Part shown: positions 40,547-50,290 of the stretch, piece after piece
Layout of the letters: each line of letters starts with the position of its first letter
Position numbering within the stretch: position 1 is the first letter of the stretch
DNA from: an uncultured Solirubrobacterales bacterium
GTDB lineage: Bacteria > Actinomycetota > Thermoleophilia > Solirubrobacterales > 70-9
Length of the DNA: 64,000 nucleotides
NCBI GenBank assembly: GCA_963846165.1
Contig: CAWJUU010000004.1
Coordinates: forward strand, 8,143-72,142
Direction: 5' to 3'
The notes under the pieces: model-generated
What the model was told of the DNA's origin: nothing
What the model saw: the letters and a program-made list of their open reading frames with translations, nothing else
The model's database searches: none
Position numbers and translations under genes: made by a program

Positions 40547-40585
40547 GACTCTGCAGCGCAGTCAAAGCGGCACTCCAGTCGCGGG

Positions 40586-40984
40586 CTACGACGCGTTCAG
40601 CTCAGCCGCAGAGCGGACGACGGCTTTGAATGCCTCCTCGTCAATGCCGTCTCCCTCGTGGAGGTCGATGGCGCGCCTCACCTTGCCCTCGAGGCTGGAG
40701 TTGAAGAGGCCGGCGGGATCCTCCAGGGAAGCTCCCTTGGCGAAGGTGAGCTTCACCTTGTCCTTGTAGGTCTCGCCGGTGAGAAGGATCCCGTCATGGG
40801 ACCAAACCGGGACGCCGAAAGGGTTCGATGACTTCCGCCACTTGACCTCTTCGACGACTTCGGGAGCGGCCTGCTTGATGAGTCCGCGGATTCGGGAGAG
40901 CATCTCCCCGCGCCAATCGTCCAGTTCCTCGATCTTCGCGTCGATGAGCTCAGAAGGTGTCCCTGATTCGGACTCGGCGGGCAT
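40586..40984 (-). CDS. DUF1801 (YdhG-like) domain protein
   Basis: ELDDWRGEMLSRIRGLIKQAAPEVVEEVKW...KDKVKLTFAKGASL. Confidence 0.7.
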   Translation of the reverse strand: MPAESESGTPSELIDAKIEELDDWRGEMLSRIRGLIKQAAPEVVEEVKWRKSSNPFGVPVWSHDGILLTGETYKDKVKLTFAKGASLEDPAGLFNSSLEGKVRRAIDLHEGDGIDEEAFKAVVRSAAELNAS

Positions 40985-41083
40985 GGTCGGACTCTTTCAG
41001 AGTGCTGGTTTCCATGCGAGCGAGAGAAAGTCGACGCTCGGTGATCCAGGCAGGTGGAGCGGCGCGGGCCTAACGAAGCGCCC

Positions 41084-41788
41084 TCAGCCCCAGGACGCCT
41101 CGGTCATCGGGCGAAAGCTGGTGGTCAGGATCCGCATTCGCCTGGGGCGTGTGACCGTGAACAGCACGACCTCGGCGACCTCGTCGGCGGTCAGCATGCC
41201 CTCGAGCTCGGGGTCGCCCTGCTCACGGCCCGCCCCAATCGCGAAGTCCGTCTTCACGCCACCCGGACAGATGCAGGTGGCGCGCACGCCGCGCTCGCGC
41301 AGCTCGTGGTCCAGGGCGCGCGTGAAGCCCAACTGGCCGAACTTCGACGCGTTGTAGACCGCCTCGCCCGGAAAGGCGCGTAGGCCGGCGACGCTCGCGA
41401 GCGCGACGAAGTCTCCTTCGCCCGCCTCGATCAGGTGCGGCAGCGCCGCGGCCGCCGTGTAGAGCGTGCCCTTGAGGTTCACGTCGATCATCGCCTCGAG
41501 CTGCCCCGGATCCAGATCGAGGAACGACCCGTAGGCCCCGACACCCGCGTTCGCGACGACGATGTCGAGCCGGCCAAAGCGCTCGACCACCGCGTCCGCG
41601 GCGGCGCCAACCGCGGTGCGATCGCGCACGTCGCAGGCCACGCCGAGCGCACGCTCGAGTCCGAGGTCGTCGCCGCGCCGCGAGAGCAGCCCGACCGAGG
41701 CGCCCGCTTCGTGAAGCCCGCGCGCTACCGCCGCGCCGATGCCGCCGCTCGCGCCGGTGACGAGCGCAACCTTGCCTTCCAGTTCCAT
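41084..41788 (-). CDS. SDR family oxidoreductase
   Basis: GKVALVTGASGGIGAA; YNASK catalytic motif. Confidence 0.85.
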   Translation of the reverse strand: MELEGKVALVTGASGGIGAAVARGLHEAGASVGLLSRRGDDLGLERALGVACDVRDRTAVGAAADAVVERFGRLDIVVANAGVGAYGSFLDLDPGQLEAMIDVNLKGTLYTAAAALPHLIEAGEGDFVALASVAGLRAFPGEAVYNASKFGQLGFTRALDHELRERGVRATCICPGGVKTDFAIGAGREQGDPELEGMLTADEVAEVVLFTVTRPRRMRILTTSFRPMTEASWG

Positions 41789-42021
41789 CGTCTCTCCTCC
41801 GTTCGACTGGTGACTGCCCAGCGTATGCGGCTTGCCGCCGACGGGAGGACGCAGGCGGCGCGCCCCGGGCCACGCGCTCCGACGGCGATCGCGTGAGGTC
41901 TCGGTCTTCGTCCCTGCCGCTGCTCGTGCAAGGGAGGCGTGAGCAGACCGGCTCCGCGTCGCGCTCAGCCGGCCTCTGATCTAATCGCCTGGCCGCAGAG
42001 ATCTCCGACCGAGGGAGACGC

Positions 42022-42825
42022 ATGGGTGCCCAATGGAATGATGGACGGCGCTTCGAGGGAAAAGTGGCGGTGGTTACCGGGGGCGGAGGGACGCTTGGCG
42101 GAGCTGTTGCCAGAGGCTTCGGTTCGGAGGGCGCCTCGGTTGCGATCGGCTATCGCTCCTCTCACTCCCAGGCCGCGGAAGCCGTAGCGGAACTGGAGCG
42201 CGGGGGCGGGCAGGCTCACTCCGGGCACCTCGACGTCACCGATCAGGAGTCGGTCGACGCGTTCGTCGCCGACGTTGTGAAGCGCTACGGTCGATTGGAC
42301 GTCCTCGTCAACGCCGCCGGCCGCCTCGACGAGGCGGACACCGTGAGATTCAGCGAGCTGGACACAGCCGCGGCGAGCGCCCTCCTTCAAGTTGATGTGG
42401 TCGGAGCGATGCGGATGTGTCACGCGGTGAGGCCGATCATGCTCGAAGGTGGCGGCGGCGCCATCATCAACTTCTCGAGCACATACGGGAACGGCATCAA
42501 TCCCGACAACGCGATCAACTTCGTTCCCGTCACCTACTCCACCGCGAAGGGAGCAATCCGCGGCTTCACCACCACGTTGGCCAGGGACCTGGCCCCGGAG
42601 ATTCGCGTCAACGCGCTTGCACCCGGGCCAATCTCAGGCGAATGGGAGACCGAGTGGGGAGTCTCGCCCGAGCACATCGACGAGGCTATCGCCATGAACC
42701 CGCTGAAGCGTTTCGGCATGCCGGAGGAGATTGCCGAGACCGTCCTGTTCTTGGCTTCGGACGGGGCCGGGTACATCACCGGTCAGGTGATCCACGTGGA
42801 TGGCGGCTGGGTGGTGACCGGGTAG
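42022..42825 (+). CDS. SDR family oxidoreductase (FabG-like)
   Basis: GKVAVVTGGGGTLGGA; YSTAK motif; IHVDGGW. Confidence 0.85.
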   Translation: MGAQWNDGRRFEGKVAVVTGGGGTLGGAVARGFGSEGASVAIGYRSSHSQAAEAVAELERGGGQAHSGHLDVTDQESVDAFVADVVKRYGRLDVLVNAAGRLDEADTVRFSELDTAAASALLQVDVVGAMRMCHAVRPIMLEGGGGAIINFSSTYGNGINPDNAINFVPVTYSTAKGAIRGFTTTLARDLAPEIRVNALAPGPISGEWETEWGVSPEHIDEAIAMNPLKRFGMPEEIAETVLFLASDGAGYITGQVIHVDGGWVVTG

Positions 42826-43017
42826 AGCTTGCACTGCTCCCACCGCTCACGCAAGAGTCGCCGGCCGCGATGGGCGGTGCCGGCACGGGCTCGCCGCTGA
42901 GCACCGTTGGTTGACGAACCTATACGTCGTTTCAATCGATCAGATCAGTGAGGAGCAGGTTGGCCCCGTATATGGCGGTGAACCTGCTCTTTGCCGCCCC
43001 GCCGGTGGAGGACTGCT

Positions 43018-43497
43018 CTAGCTCGCCGGAAGCTCGGCGAGGAGCTGCTTGGCCTGCGCGGAGACCTCGTGGTCGATCTGGAGCTCGTAGCGCTCCGCCT
43101 CCATCCCGTGCACTGAGGCGAAGTCGCGCCGGCCGCCCGTCATCGCCTGGGTCAGCCCCCCGAAGATGGCGCCGAAGAGCGCGCCGACGATCAGCGCGTA
43201 GAGAAGCACGCCGAAGAATGCCTCGTCGATGGTGAAGAAGAGCCCGATCAACAGGGCGAAGAACAAGCCGATCGTCGCTCCCTGACCGGCTCCCATGAGC
43301 GCGGCACGGCCGGTGGTCAACCGCCCGGCGATCTGCTCGACCGTCTTCAGACCGGTGCCGACGATCGCGGCCCGCTCGACCGCAAAGCCCTTGTCGGAGA
43401 GGAAGTCGACGGCGCGCTCCGCCTCACGGTAGGTGCCGTAGGTGGCGACGGTGGTGCGGGCCGGCGGTCCCGCGGTCGGTGTTCTCGCCTCCTCCAC
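43018..43497 (-). CDS. general-stress-type membrane protein (GsiB/17M-like N-domain + Gly-zipper TMs)
   Basis: GTG 43497. TYGTYREAERAVDFLSDKGF, then two TM helices (GATIGLFFALLIGLFF; LLYALIVGALFGAIFGG). Confidence 0.55.
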   Translation of the reverse strand: MEEARTPTAGPPARTTVATYGTYREAERAVDFLSDKGFAVERAAIVGTGLKTVEQIAGRLTTGRAALMGAGQGATIGLFFALLIGLFFTIDEAFFGVLLYALIVGALFGAIFGGLTQAMTGGRRDFASVHGMEAERYELQIDHEVSAQAKQLLAELPAS

Positions 43498-43505
43498 GGC
43501 GCCGA

Positions 43506-44138
43506 TTATGGCGCGATCCGGGCGTGCAGGTGGGTGTCGTGGTTGACGGCCGGCGTGACGATCCCGGGCGGACCGCGGAGCGGCAGGTTCGGGCCGACGT
43601 AGATCGTCGTCGCGCCCGCTTCCAGGAAGAGGTCGACGAGCTCCTGGGCCGCCGCCGGGTCCACCTGGTCCGGGGAGCGGGGTGGTCGCTCGCGGCGGTC
43701 CAGGCGCGGGTAGTAGACGTCGACGTCGAGGCCGTTCTGATGCGTCGCGTGTCCGATCCCGCCGCCGACCTCGGGCCCGAAGTAGCCGCCTCGGGGCAGG
43801 CTCAGGTCGCCGACGCCGACCCGCGGGGCGCCGGGGTGGCGGCGCCGGAACTCGCGCAGGACCCGGAGGGTGGTCCGCACCAAGTCGTCGGTGCCCCAGC
43901 GGCGCCAATCGCGGTTGGGTTGTCGCTTGAGCACTGGATCCCAGGTGAAGTAGGCGCGACCCTCTGCCGGCAGCCGGACGCCGTCGACGAGCCGGCCGGC
44001 CTCGGGCTCTCCGACGGCTACCGACTCGCGCCACTCGATTCGCGGCTCGCGGGCCAGTTCGTCCTGCGGCGGGCCGGATGTGCCGGGTCCCGGCGCCAGC
44101 GCCATGGCGGCGATCGCGAGCGCAACTTCTATCCACAT
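43506..44138 (-). CDS. murein endopeptidase MepA-like (peptidase M74-like)
   Basis: ATG 44138 with a signal peptide. GHATHQNGLDVDVYY and NHDTHLHARI metal-site motifs. Confidence 0.65.
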   Translation of the reverse strand: MWIEVALAIAAMALAPGPGTSGPPQDELAREPRIEWRESVAVGEPEAGRLVDGVRLPAEGRAYFTWDPVLKRQPNRDWRRWGTDDLVRTTLRVLREFRRRHPGAPRVGVGDLSLPRGGYFGPEVGGGIGHATHQNGLDVDVYYPRLDRRERPPRSPDQVDPAAAQELVDLFLEAGATTIYVGPNLPLRGPPGIVTPAVNHDTHLHARIAP

Positions 44139-44187
44139 GCACTCTCTACGGAGGCCGCGAACGCCGCGGTCCGCGATCCTAAGGGAG

Positions 44188-44937
44188 ATGGAGAGCGCTC
44201 TCGAGCCAATCACGGGGCGCCGCGAGGCCGAGGCGGAGGTGCCCGCCGTCGCCGCGGGCGACCTGCGCCGCGACTACAACGATCGTCCCGTCCTGCGCCA
44301 CGTCTCGATCGAGCTCGCCGTTGGCGAGACGCTCGCGGTGCTCGGGCCCAACGGCGCCGGCAAGACGACCCTGCTGCGCATCCTCGCCACCCTGCTGCGG
44401 CCCACGGCGGGCGAGGTCTCGGTGCTCGGCGCCGAGCTTCCACGCCAGGCCCACAAGGCCCGTGGCCGGGTCGGCTACCTCGGCCACGAGCCGCTGCTCT
44501 ACCGCGAGCTCTCGGTGCGCGAGAACCTCGAGTTCAACGCCCGCCTGCACGGGATCGAGCCCGCCGCCGAGCGGATCGGCGAGTTGCTGGAGCGCTCCGG
44601 CCTCGCCCGCCGCGGCGACGAGATGGTGCGCAACCTCTCGGCCGGGATGCTCCAGCGGGCCGCGATCTGCCGCGCGTTGCTGCACGACCCCGAGCTCTTG
44701 CTGCTCGACGAGCCGCGCTCGCATCTCGATCTCGGCGCGTCGGGCGTCGTCGACGACCTGCTCGGCCCGGCACTCGGGCGAACCCGCGTCGTCGTCACCC
44801 ACGAGGTCGAGGCCGGCCTCGAGCAGGCCGACTCGGTGTTGCTTTTGCGCGCGGACGGGACCGTCGTCCACGCCGGGCTCGCGTCGGCGCTCTCGCCCGG
44901 CGACGTGCGCGCCGTCTATCAGGGGCAGGTGCGATGA
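44188..44937 (+). CDS. ccmA: haem exporter ATP-binding protein CcmA-like ABC ATPase
   Basis: AAGGGAG RBS before ATG 44188. GPNGAGKTTLLRIL, LSAGMLQR, LLLLDEP. Confidence 0.8.
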   Translation: MESALEPITGRREAEAEVPAVAAGDLRRDYNDRPVLRHVSIELAVGETLAVLGPNGAGKTTLLRILATLLRPTAGEVSVLGAELPRQAHKARGRVGYLGHEPLLYRELSVRENLEFNARLHGIEPAAERIGELLERSGLARRGDEMVRNLSAGMLQRAAICRALLHDPELLLLDEPRSHLDLGASGVVDDLLGPALGRTRVVVTHEVEAGLEQADSVLLLRADGTVVHAGLASALSPGDVRAVYQGQVR

Positions 44938-45602
44938 GCGCCTTTCGCGCCATCCTCGCCAAGGACCTGCGAACCGAGTTGCGCACGCTCGAGTCGGTGC
45001 CGGCGATGGCGCTCTTTGCGGCGACCACCTTCGTCCTCTTTCGCTTCGGGCTCGACCGCACCAGCCTCGAGGGAAGCCTCGCCGCGGGTGTGCTGCTCGC
45101 GACCGTGCTCTTCGCCGCGATTCTGGCGATCAACCGCGTCTTCGTCGCCGAGCGCGAGCAGGGTGGCTTCGACGTGATCAGGCTCGCGCCCGTCGACGGC
45201 GCCTCGTTGTTCGCGGCCAAGCTCTGCGTGCTCGCGATCTACCTGCTCGCGCTCGAGCTGATTGCCGTCCCGGTGTTCGCGATCCTCTTCCTCGATGACG
45301 CCTCCGGCCTGCTGCCGCTGTTCGCGGTCCTGCTGCTCGCCGATCTCGGCCTGGCGACGATCGGCGCCCTCGTCTCCTCGATCGCGGTCAACTCACGCGC
45401 CCGCGACCTGATCGCTCCGCTGCTGTTGTTGCCGCTGCTCGTCCCGGTGATGATCGCCGCCGCCGGCGCGGCCGAGCCACTGCTCGCGGCAGGCGGTCCC
45501 TCATACGACGATTTCGCCAAGTGGGTGGCGGTGCTCGCTCTCTACGATGTTGTGTTCTGCCTGGTCGGCTACGCGGTCTACGACTTCCTACTCGAGGACT
45601 GA
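44934..45602 (+). CDS. ccmB: haem exporter permease CcmB
   Basis: ATGA overlap with ccmA. Six-TM protein with FAAILAINRVFVAEREQGGFD. Confidence 0.75.
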   Translation: MSAFRAILAKDLRTELRTLESVPAMALFAATTFVLFRFGLDRTSLEGSLAAGVLLATVLFAAILAINRVFVAEREQGGFDVIRLAPVDGASLFAAKLCVLAIYLLALELIAVPVFAILFLDDASGLLPLFAVLLLADLGLATIGALVSSIAVNSRARDLIAPLLLLPLLVPVMIAAAGAAEPLLAAGGPSYDDFAKWVAVLALYDVVFCLVGYAVYDFLLED

Positions 45603-45620
45603 GTCGACCCGACGGAGAAG

Positions 45621-46367
45621 ATGAGCTTCCGAGCCCCTCGACTGCTTCCCGCACTGACCGTCGCAACGCTCGTCGGGGGCTTCGCGCTGGTCTTCCTCTG
45701 GACTCCCAACGACGCCGACCAGGGCTTCGTCCAGAAGATCTTCTACCTCCATGTCCCGATCGCGATCTGCGCCCTGGTCGGGTTCATAGTCGCGGCGGTG
45801 CAGTCGATCCTCCACCTGCGATCGGGAGATCCGAAGTGGGACGTGCGCTCCTACGTATCGATCCACATCTCGATCATCTTCGGCGTCGCGGTGCTGATCA
45901 CCGGGGCGATCTGGGCACGCGCTTCGTGGGGCAAATGGTTCGTCTGGGACGAGCCGACGCTGGTCTCGTTCCTGATCGTCTTCCTTCTCTACTGCACCTA
46001 CTACCCGCTCCGTTACGCGATCGAGGACCGTGAGCGCCAGGCGCGCTATGCCTCGGTCTTCGCGATCACCGCGGGTGCGTTCGTGCCCCTCAACTTCATC
46101 GCCGTGCGGCTTGCCGAGACGCTGGTGCACCCGCGCGTCTTCGCCACCGCCGACGGCGGGCTGACCCCGAGGATGACCGTGACCTTCCTCGTCTGCATGG
46201 CCGGGATGGCTCTGCTCTGGGAGACGTTGGTGCGCTTCGAGCTGGCGACGAAGTCGTCGCGGGCGCGGATCGGGCGCCTGCGCCGCGCGCTCGAAGGTGA
46301 CGAGGTGATCGCTTCGGGGTCGCGCATCGCCCCCGTGCCCCGCGAGGCCTCGGGGGGTGCGAGCTGA
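45621..46367 (+). CDS. ccmC: haem-handling protein CcmC
   Basis: The WGKWFVWDEPTLVSF Trp-rich motif plus flanking His residues. Confidence 0.85.
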   Translation: MSFRAPRLLPALTVATLVGGFALVFLWTPNDADQGFVQKIFYLHVPIAICALVGFIVAAVQSILHLRSGDPKWDVRSYVSIHISIIFGVAVLITGAIWARASWGKWFVWDEPTLVSFLIVFLLYCTYYPLRYAIEDRERQARYASVFAITAGAFVPLNFIAVRLAETLVHPRVFATADGGLTPRMTVTFLVCMAGMALLWETLVRFELATKSSRARIGRLRRALEGDEVIASGSRIAPVPREASGGAS

Positions 46368-46564
46368 TGCCCGCGCTGCCGCTCGACGAGGCCGGCAAGT
46401 ACGTCGCCGGCGCCTATCTCGTCTTCCTCGCGCTGTTGCTGATCTACGTCGCGATCATGGCCGCGCGGCTGGCGCGCATCGACCGCGAGCTGGGCGAGCT
46501 GACCGAGCTTGCGGAGCGCGAGAACGCCGAGCCCGAGCCGCTGCGGGAGGAGGTCGGCGTATGA
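46367..46564 (+). CDS. ccmD: CcmD-like small single-TM protein
   Basis: 65 aa. GKYVAGAYLVFLALLLIYVAIMAARLARIDRELGEL. It overlaps both neighbouring genes. Confidence 0.5.
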   Translation: MPALPLDEAGKYVAGAYLVFLALLLIYVAIMAARLARIDRELGELTELAERENAEPEPLREEVGV

Positions 46565-47901
46565 GTGAGCTGCTTGCGCTCGGCGTCTCGCACAAGACCG
46601 CACCGCTCGAGCTGCGCGAGGGGATGGCGCTCACCGAGGGCCGCGCGGTCGGCGTGCTCGGCGAGCTGGTCGAGCGCGACGAGGTGCTCGAGGCGGCGAC
46701 GATCTCGACCTGCAACCGGACCGAGCTCTACCTCTACGTCGACGATCCGGTCGGCGCCGAGTCGCTCGCGCTCGGGCTGCTCGCCCGCGAGTCCGAGACC
46801 CAGCCGACCGAGCTCGTCGGCCACCTCTACTCGCTCCGCGGCTCGGCCGCCGCCGAGCAGCTGATGCGGGTCACCGCGGGCCTCGACTCGATGATCATCG
46901 GCGAGGCCGAGGTCCAGGGCCAGGTCAAGCGCGCCTACGAGCTCGCCCTGGTCGAGGGCGCGACCGGCCCGGTCCTCAACCGGCTCTTCCGCTCGGCGCT
47001 CGCCGCCGGCAAGCGCGCCCGCTCAGAGACCGGGATCTCGCAGCGCGCGCTCTCGGTGCCGTCGATCGCCGTCGACCTCGCCCAGCGCACTCTCGGCGAC
47101 CTCGAGGATCGCCGCGTGCTCGTCGTCGGAGCCGGCGAGACCGCCGAGCTCACCGCCCGCGCGCTTGCGGCGAAGGGGGTGCATGCGATCTTCATCGCCA
47201 ACCGCCACTACGACCGCGCGATCGGTCTCGCGCAGCGCTTCGACGGCCAGGCGGTGCGTTTCGAGGCCCTGCCGGAGGAGATGGAGACCGCCGACATCGT
47301 CGTCGCCTCGACCAGCTCGCCCCACCATGTGATCGAGCGCGAGGAGCTTGCCCAGGTGATGGCCGCGCGCGAGAACCGGCCGCTGCTGCTGATCGACCTC
47401 GCGGTGCCGCGCGACATCCATCCCTCCTGCCGCGATCTGCCGGCGGTCAGCCTCTACGACATGGACGACCTCCAGGCGCTGGTCGAGCGGAATGTCTCCG
47501 GGCGCGAGGCCGAGGCGCGGCGCGCCGAGGTCATCCTGCGAGCCGAGCAGACGCGCTTCGATCGCTGGCTCGCGGCTCAGGACGTGACCTCGACGGTCGC
47601 GGCGCTGCGCACACGCGCCGACGATGTGGTCGAGCGGGTGCTGGCCGAGAATGAACCGCGCTGGGAGGGCGTCACCGAGGCCGATCGCGAACGGCTCGAG
47701 GCGGCGGCGCGGGCGATCGCGTCGCGCCTGCTGCATGAGCCGACGCTGCGGCTGAAGCGAGCCGCGGGCGAGGGCGATGCGTACGCGAAGGTCGCGGTCC
47801 TTCGGGAGCTCTTCGGCCTCGATCCCGGCAACGAGCCGGTCGAGGCGCGAGGCGCGGAGGTCTCCGACCTCCGCGACCGCCAGCGCCGCCGCGGCCGGTG
47901 A
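46561..47901 (+). CDS. hemA: glutamyl-tRNA reductase
   Basis: ALGVSHKTAPLELRE...STCNRTELY...VVGAGETAE. Confidence 0.9.
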   Translation: MSELLALGVSHKTAPLELREGMALTEGRAVGVLGELVERDEVLEAATISTCNRTELYLYVDDPVGAESLALGLLARESETQPTELVGHLYSLRGSAAAEQLMRVTAGLDSMIIGEAEVQGQVKRAYELALVEGATGPVLNRLFRSALAAGKRARSETGISQRALSVPSIAVDLAQRTLGDLEDRRVLVVGAGETAELTARALAAKGVHAIFIANRHYDRAIGLAQRFDGQAVRFEALPEEMETADIVVASTSSPHHVIEREELAQVMAARENRPLLLIDLAVPRDIHPSCRDLPAVSLYDMDDLQALVERNVSGREAEARRAEVILRAEQTRFDRWLAAQDVTSTVAALRTRADDVVERVLAENEPRWEGVTEADRERLEAAARAIASRLLHEPTLRLKRAAGEGDAYAKVAVLRELFGLDPGNEPVEARGAEVSDLRDRQRRRGR

Positions 47902-48776
47902 GCCTCAAGCTCGGGACGCGCTCGAGCGCGCTCGCGCTCGCGCAGGCAGAGACCGTCGCCGCCGCGCTCGGGGGGGCGGAGGTGGTCCCGGTGACGACCG
48001 CCGACTCGGAGGTCGGCGACAAGGCCCGCTTCGTGCGCGGGGTCGAGGCGGCGCTGCTCGATCGCGAGGTCGACATCGGCGTCCACTCCGCCAAGGACCT
48101 TCCCGGCGAGCTGCCCGATGGCCTCGCGCTGGTCGGGGTTCCCGGCCGCGAGGATCCCAGCGACGCGCTCGTCGGCGCGGCGGGGTCGCTAGATCAGCTG
48201 CCCGATGAAGCGCGGGTCGGTACCTCGAGCTTGCGCCGGCGCTCGCAGCTGCTCGCAATCCGCCCCCACCTCGAGATCGCCGGGCTGCGCGGCAACGTCG
48301 ATACCAGGCTGGCGAAGCTTGGCTCGCGGGACTACGACGCGATCGTGCTCGCGACCGCCGGCCTCGCCCGCCTCGGCCGCGAGGCCGAGATCGCGTTTCG
48401 CTTCTCGCTCGACCAGCTCACCCCATCAGCCGGCCAGGGCTGCCTCGCGCTCGAGGCACGCGACGACGATGCCGAGGCTGCGGCGGCCGCCGGGCGGATC
48501 TCCGACCGCGCCGCGCTCACCGAGCTGACCGCCGAGCGCGCGGCCGTGCGGGCGCTGGGGGCGAGCTGCGATACCCCGGTTGGTGTCTGCGCCCGGTCCC
48601 GGGGCGAGGAGCTGGTGCTGCTCGGCTACGCCGGGCTGCCCGACGGCAGCGAGTGGGTCCGCGACCGCGTCGCCGGCGATCCGCGGCAGCCGGCGGCGCT
48701 CGGCGAGGCGCTTGCCGAGCGGATGCTGGCCGCGGGCGCGGGTGAGATCCTCGAACGGGCACAGCGCGAGCGATGA
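47898..48776 (+). CDS. hemC: hydroxymethylbilane synthase
   Basis: LKLGTRSSALALAQAE...VHSAKDLP...GTSSLRRRSQL...RGNVDTRL. Confidence 0.9.
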   Translation: MSLKLGTRSSALALAQAETVAAALGGAEVVPVTTADSEVGDKARFVRGVEAALLDREVDIGVHSAKDLPGELPDGLALVGVPGREDPSDALVGAAGSLDQLPDEARVGTSSLRRRSQLLAIRPHLEIAGLRGNVDTRLAKLGSRDYDAIVLATAGLARLGREAEIAFRFSLDQLTPSAGQGCLALEARDDDAEAAAAAGRISDRAALTELTAERAAVRALGASCDTPVGVCARSRGEELVLLGYAGLPDGSEWVRDRVAGDPRQPAALGEALAERMLAAGAGEILERAQRER

Positions 48777-50290
48777 GCGCGCGAGCCGGAGTCGCCTACC
48801 TCGTCGGCGCGGGCCCCGGCGACCCGGGTCTGGTCACATCGCGGGCGCTCGAGCTGATCGCCTCCGCCGATGTCGTCCTCTACGACCGGCTGATACCCGA
48901 GGGCGTCCTCGACGGCGCCCGCGAGGATGCCGAGTTGGTCTATGTCGGCAAGCCGTCCGGGGTCGAGGGGTTCAGCGCCACGGACGCCCAGCGCGAGACC
49001 GACGAGCTGATGATCGAGCGCGCCCGCGCGGGCGCGAGCGTGGTGCGGCTGAAGGGCGGCGACCCGTTCGTGTTCGGCCGCGGCGGCGAGGAGGCCGAGA
49101 AGCTGGCCGAGGCCGGGATCGAGTTCGAGGTCGTCCCCGGAGTCACCGCCGGGGTCGCCGCGCCGGCGTATGCGGGCATCCCGGTGACCCATCGCGACGA
49201 CGCGTCCGCGGTCGCCTTCGTCACCGGCCACGAGGACCCCGGCAAGGACGAGACCGCGCTCGACTGGGACGCGCTCGCCCGCTTCCCCGGCACCCTCGTC
49301 CTCTACATGGGGGTCAAGAACCTGCCGCTGATCGCCGAGCGACTCGCGAACGCCGGCCGCGACCCGGCCGAGCCCGCCGCGGCGATCGAGCGCGGCACCT
49401 ATCCGAGCCAGCGCACCGTGGCCTCGACCCTCGCCGGGCTGCCCGAGGCCGTCGCGGCGGCCGGGCTGCGTGCGCCGGCGATCCTGCTCTTCGGCCCGGT
49501 CGCCGCCCGGCGCGAGGCGATCGCCTGGCTCGAGCACCGCCCGCTGCACGGGAGGCGCGTCGTCGTCACCCGCGCCCGCGCCCAGGCGAGCGGCCTCGCG
49601 GCCACCCTGCGCGCGCTCGGGGCCGATGTGGTCGAGCTGCCCGCGATCAGGATCGAGCCGCGCCTCGACACCGCCGAGGTCCGCGACGCGGTCGCCGACC
49701 TGCACTCATACGCGCTCGTCTGCCTGACGAGCCCGAACGGGGTCCGGCTGCTGTTCGAGGCGATGGCGGCCCAGGGCCGCGACGCACGGGCGCTCGCCAA
49801 CGCGACCGTCGCCGCGATCGGCCCCGGCACCGCCGCGGCGCTCGCCGAGCGCGGCGTGATCGCCGACGTCGTCGGAGAGCGTTTCGTCGCCGAGTCGCTG
49901 GTTGACGCCCTCGCCGGGGTCGAGGTCGCCGATCGGCCGGTGCTCGTCGCCCGCGCCGCCGAGGCGCGCGACGTGCTCCCGGATGCGCTCACCGGGCGCG
50001 GCGCCAAGGTGGACGTGGTGGCGCTGTATGAGACCGTCCGCGAGGACCCCGAGGCCGAGGCGGTCGAGGCTGCCGCCGATGCCGAATACGTCACCTTCAC
50101 CTCGTCCTCGACGGTCACCAACCTGCTCGCCGCAATCGGCGATCGCTTCCCGAAAGGCGCCCGGGTCGTCTCGATCGGCCCGATCACCAGCCAAACGGCG
50201 CGCGACGCCGGTCTCGATGTCCACGTCGAGGCCGATCGCCACGACGTCGATGGGATGGTCGAGGCGCTGCTGGCCGACGCCTCGGTGTGA
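48773..50290 (+). CDS. cobA: uroporphyrinogen-III C-methyltransferase / uroporphyrinogen-III synthase fusion
   Basis: N-terminal VAYLVGAGPGDPGLVT..VVRLKGGDPFVFGRGGEE. The C-terminal half is HemD-like (RVVVTRA..LTSPNGV..FTSSSTV). Confidence 0.9.
   Translation: MSARAGVAYLVGAGPGDPGLVTSRALELIASADVVLYDRLIPEGVLDGAREDAELVYVGKPSGVEGFSATDAQRETDELMIERARAGASVVRLKGGDPFVFGRGGEEAEKLAEAGIEFEVVPGVTAGVAAPAYAGIPVTHRDDASAVAFVTGHEDPGKDETALDWDALARFPGTLVLYMGVKNLPLIAERLANAGRDPAEPAAAIERGTYPSQRTVASTLAGLPEAVAAAGLRAPAILLFGPVAARREAIAWLEHRPLHGRRVVVTRARAQASGLAATLRALGADVVELPAIRIEPRLDTAEVRDAVADLHSYALVCLTSPNGVRLLFEAMAAQGRDARALANATVAAIGPGTAAALAERGVIADVVGERFVAESLVDALAGVEVADRPVLVARAAEARDVLPDALTGRGAKVDVVALYETVREDPEAEAVEAAADAEYVTFTSSSTVTNLLAAIGDRFPKGARVVSIGPITSQTARDAGLDVHVEADRHDVDGMVEALLADASV

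Noticed and set aside
42948-43235. 95-aa + strand ORF starting in the 42826-43017 spacer
   Set aside because: It runs antisense into the stress-protein gene with Arg/Ala/Pro-rich composition. It is most likely spurious.
43479-44933. First ~485 aa of the 707-aa + strand ORF (43479-45602)
   Set aside because: It overlaps the MepA-like gene antisense and ccmA out of frame, and has Arg-rich junk composition. Only the last 222 aa (from ATG 44934) look like CcmB.
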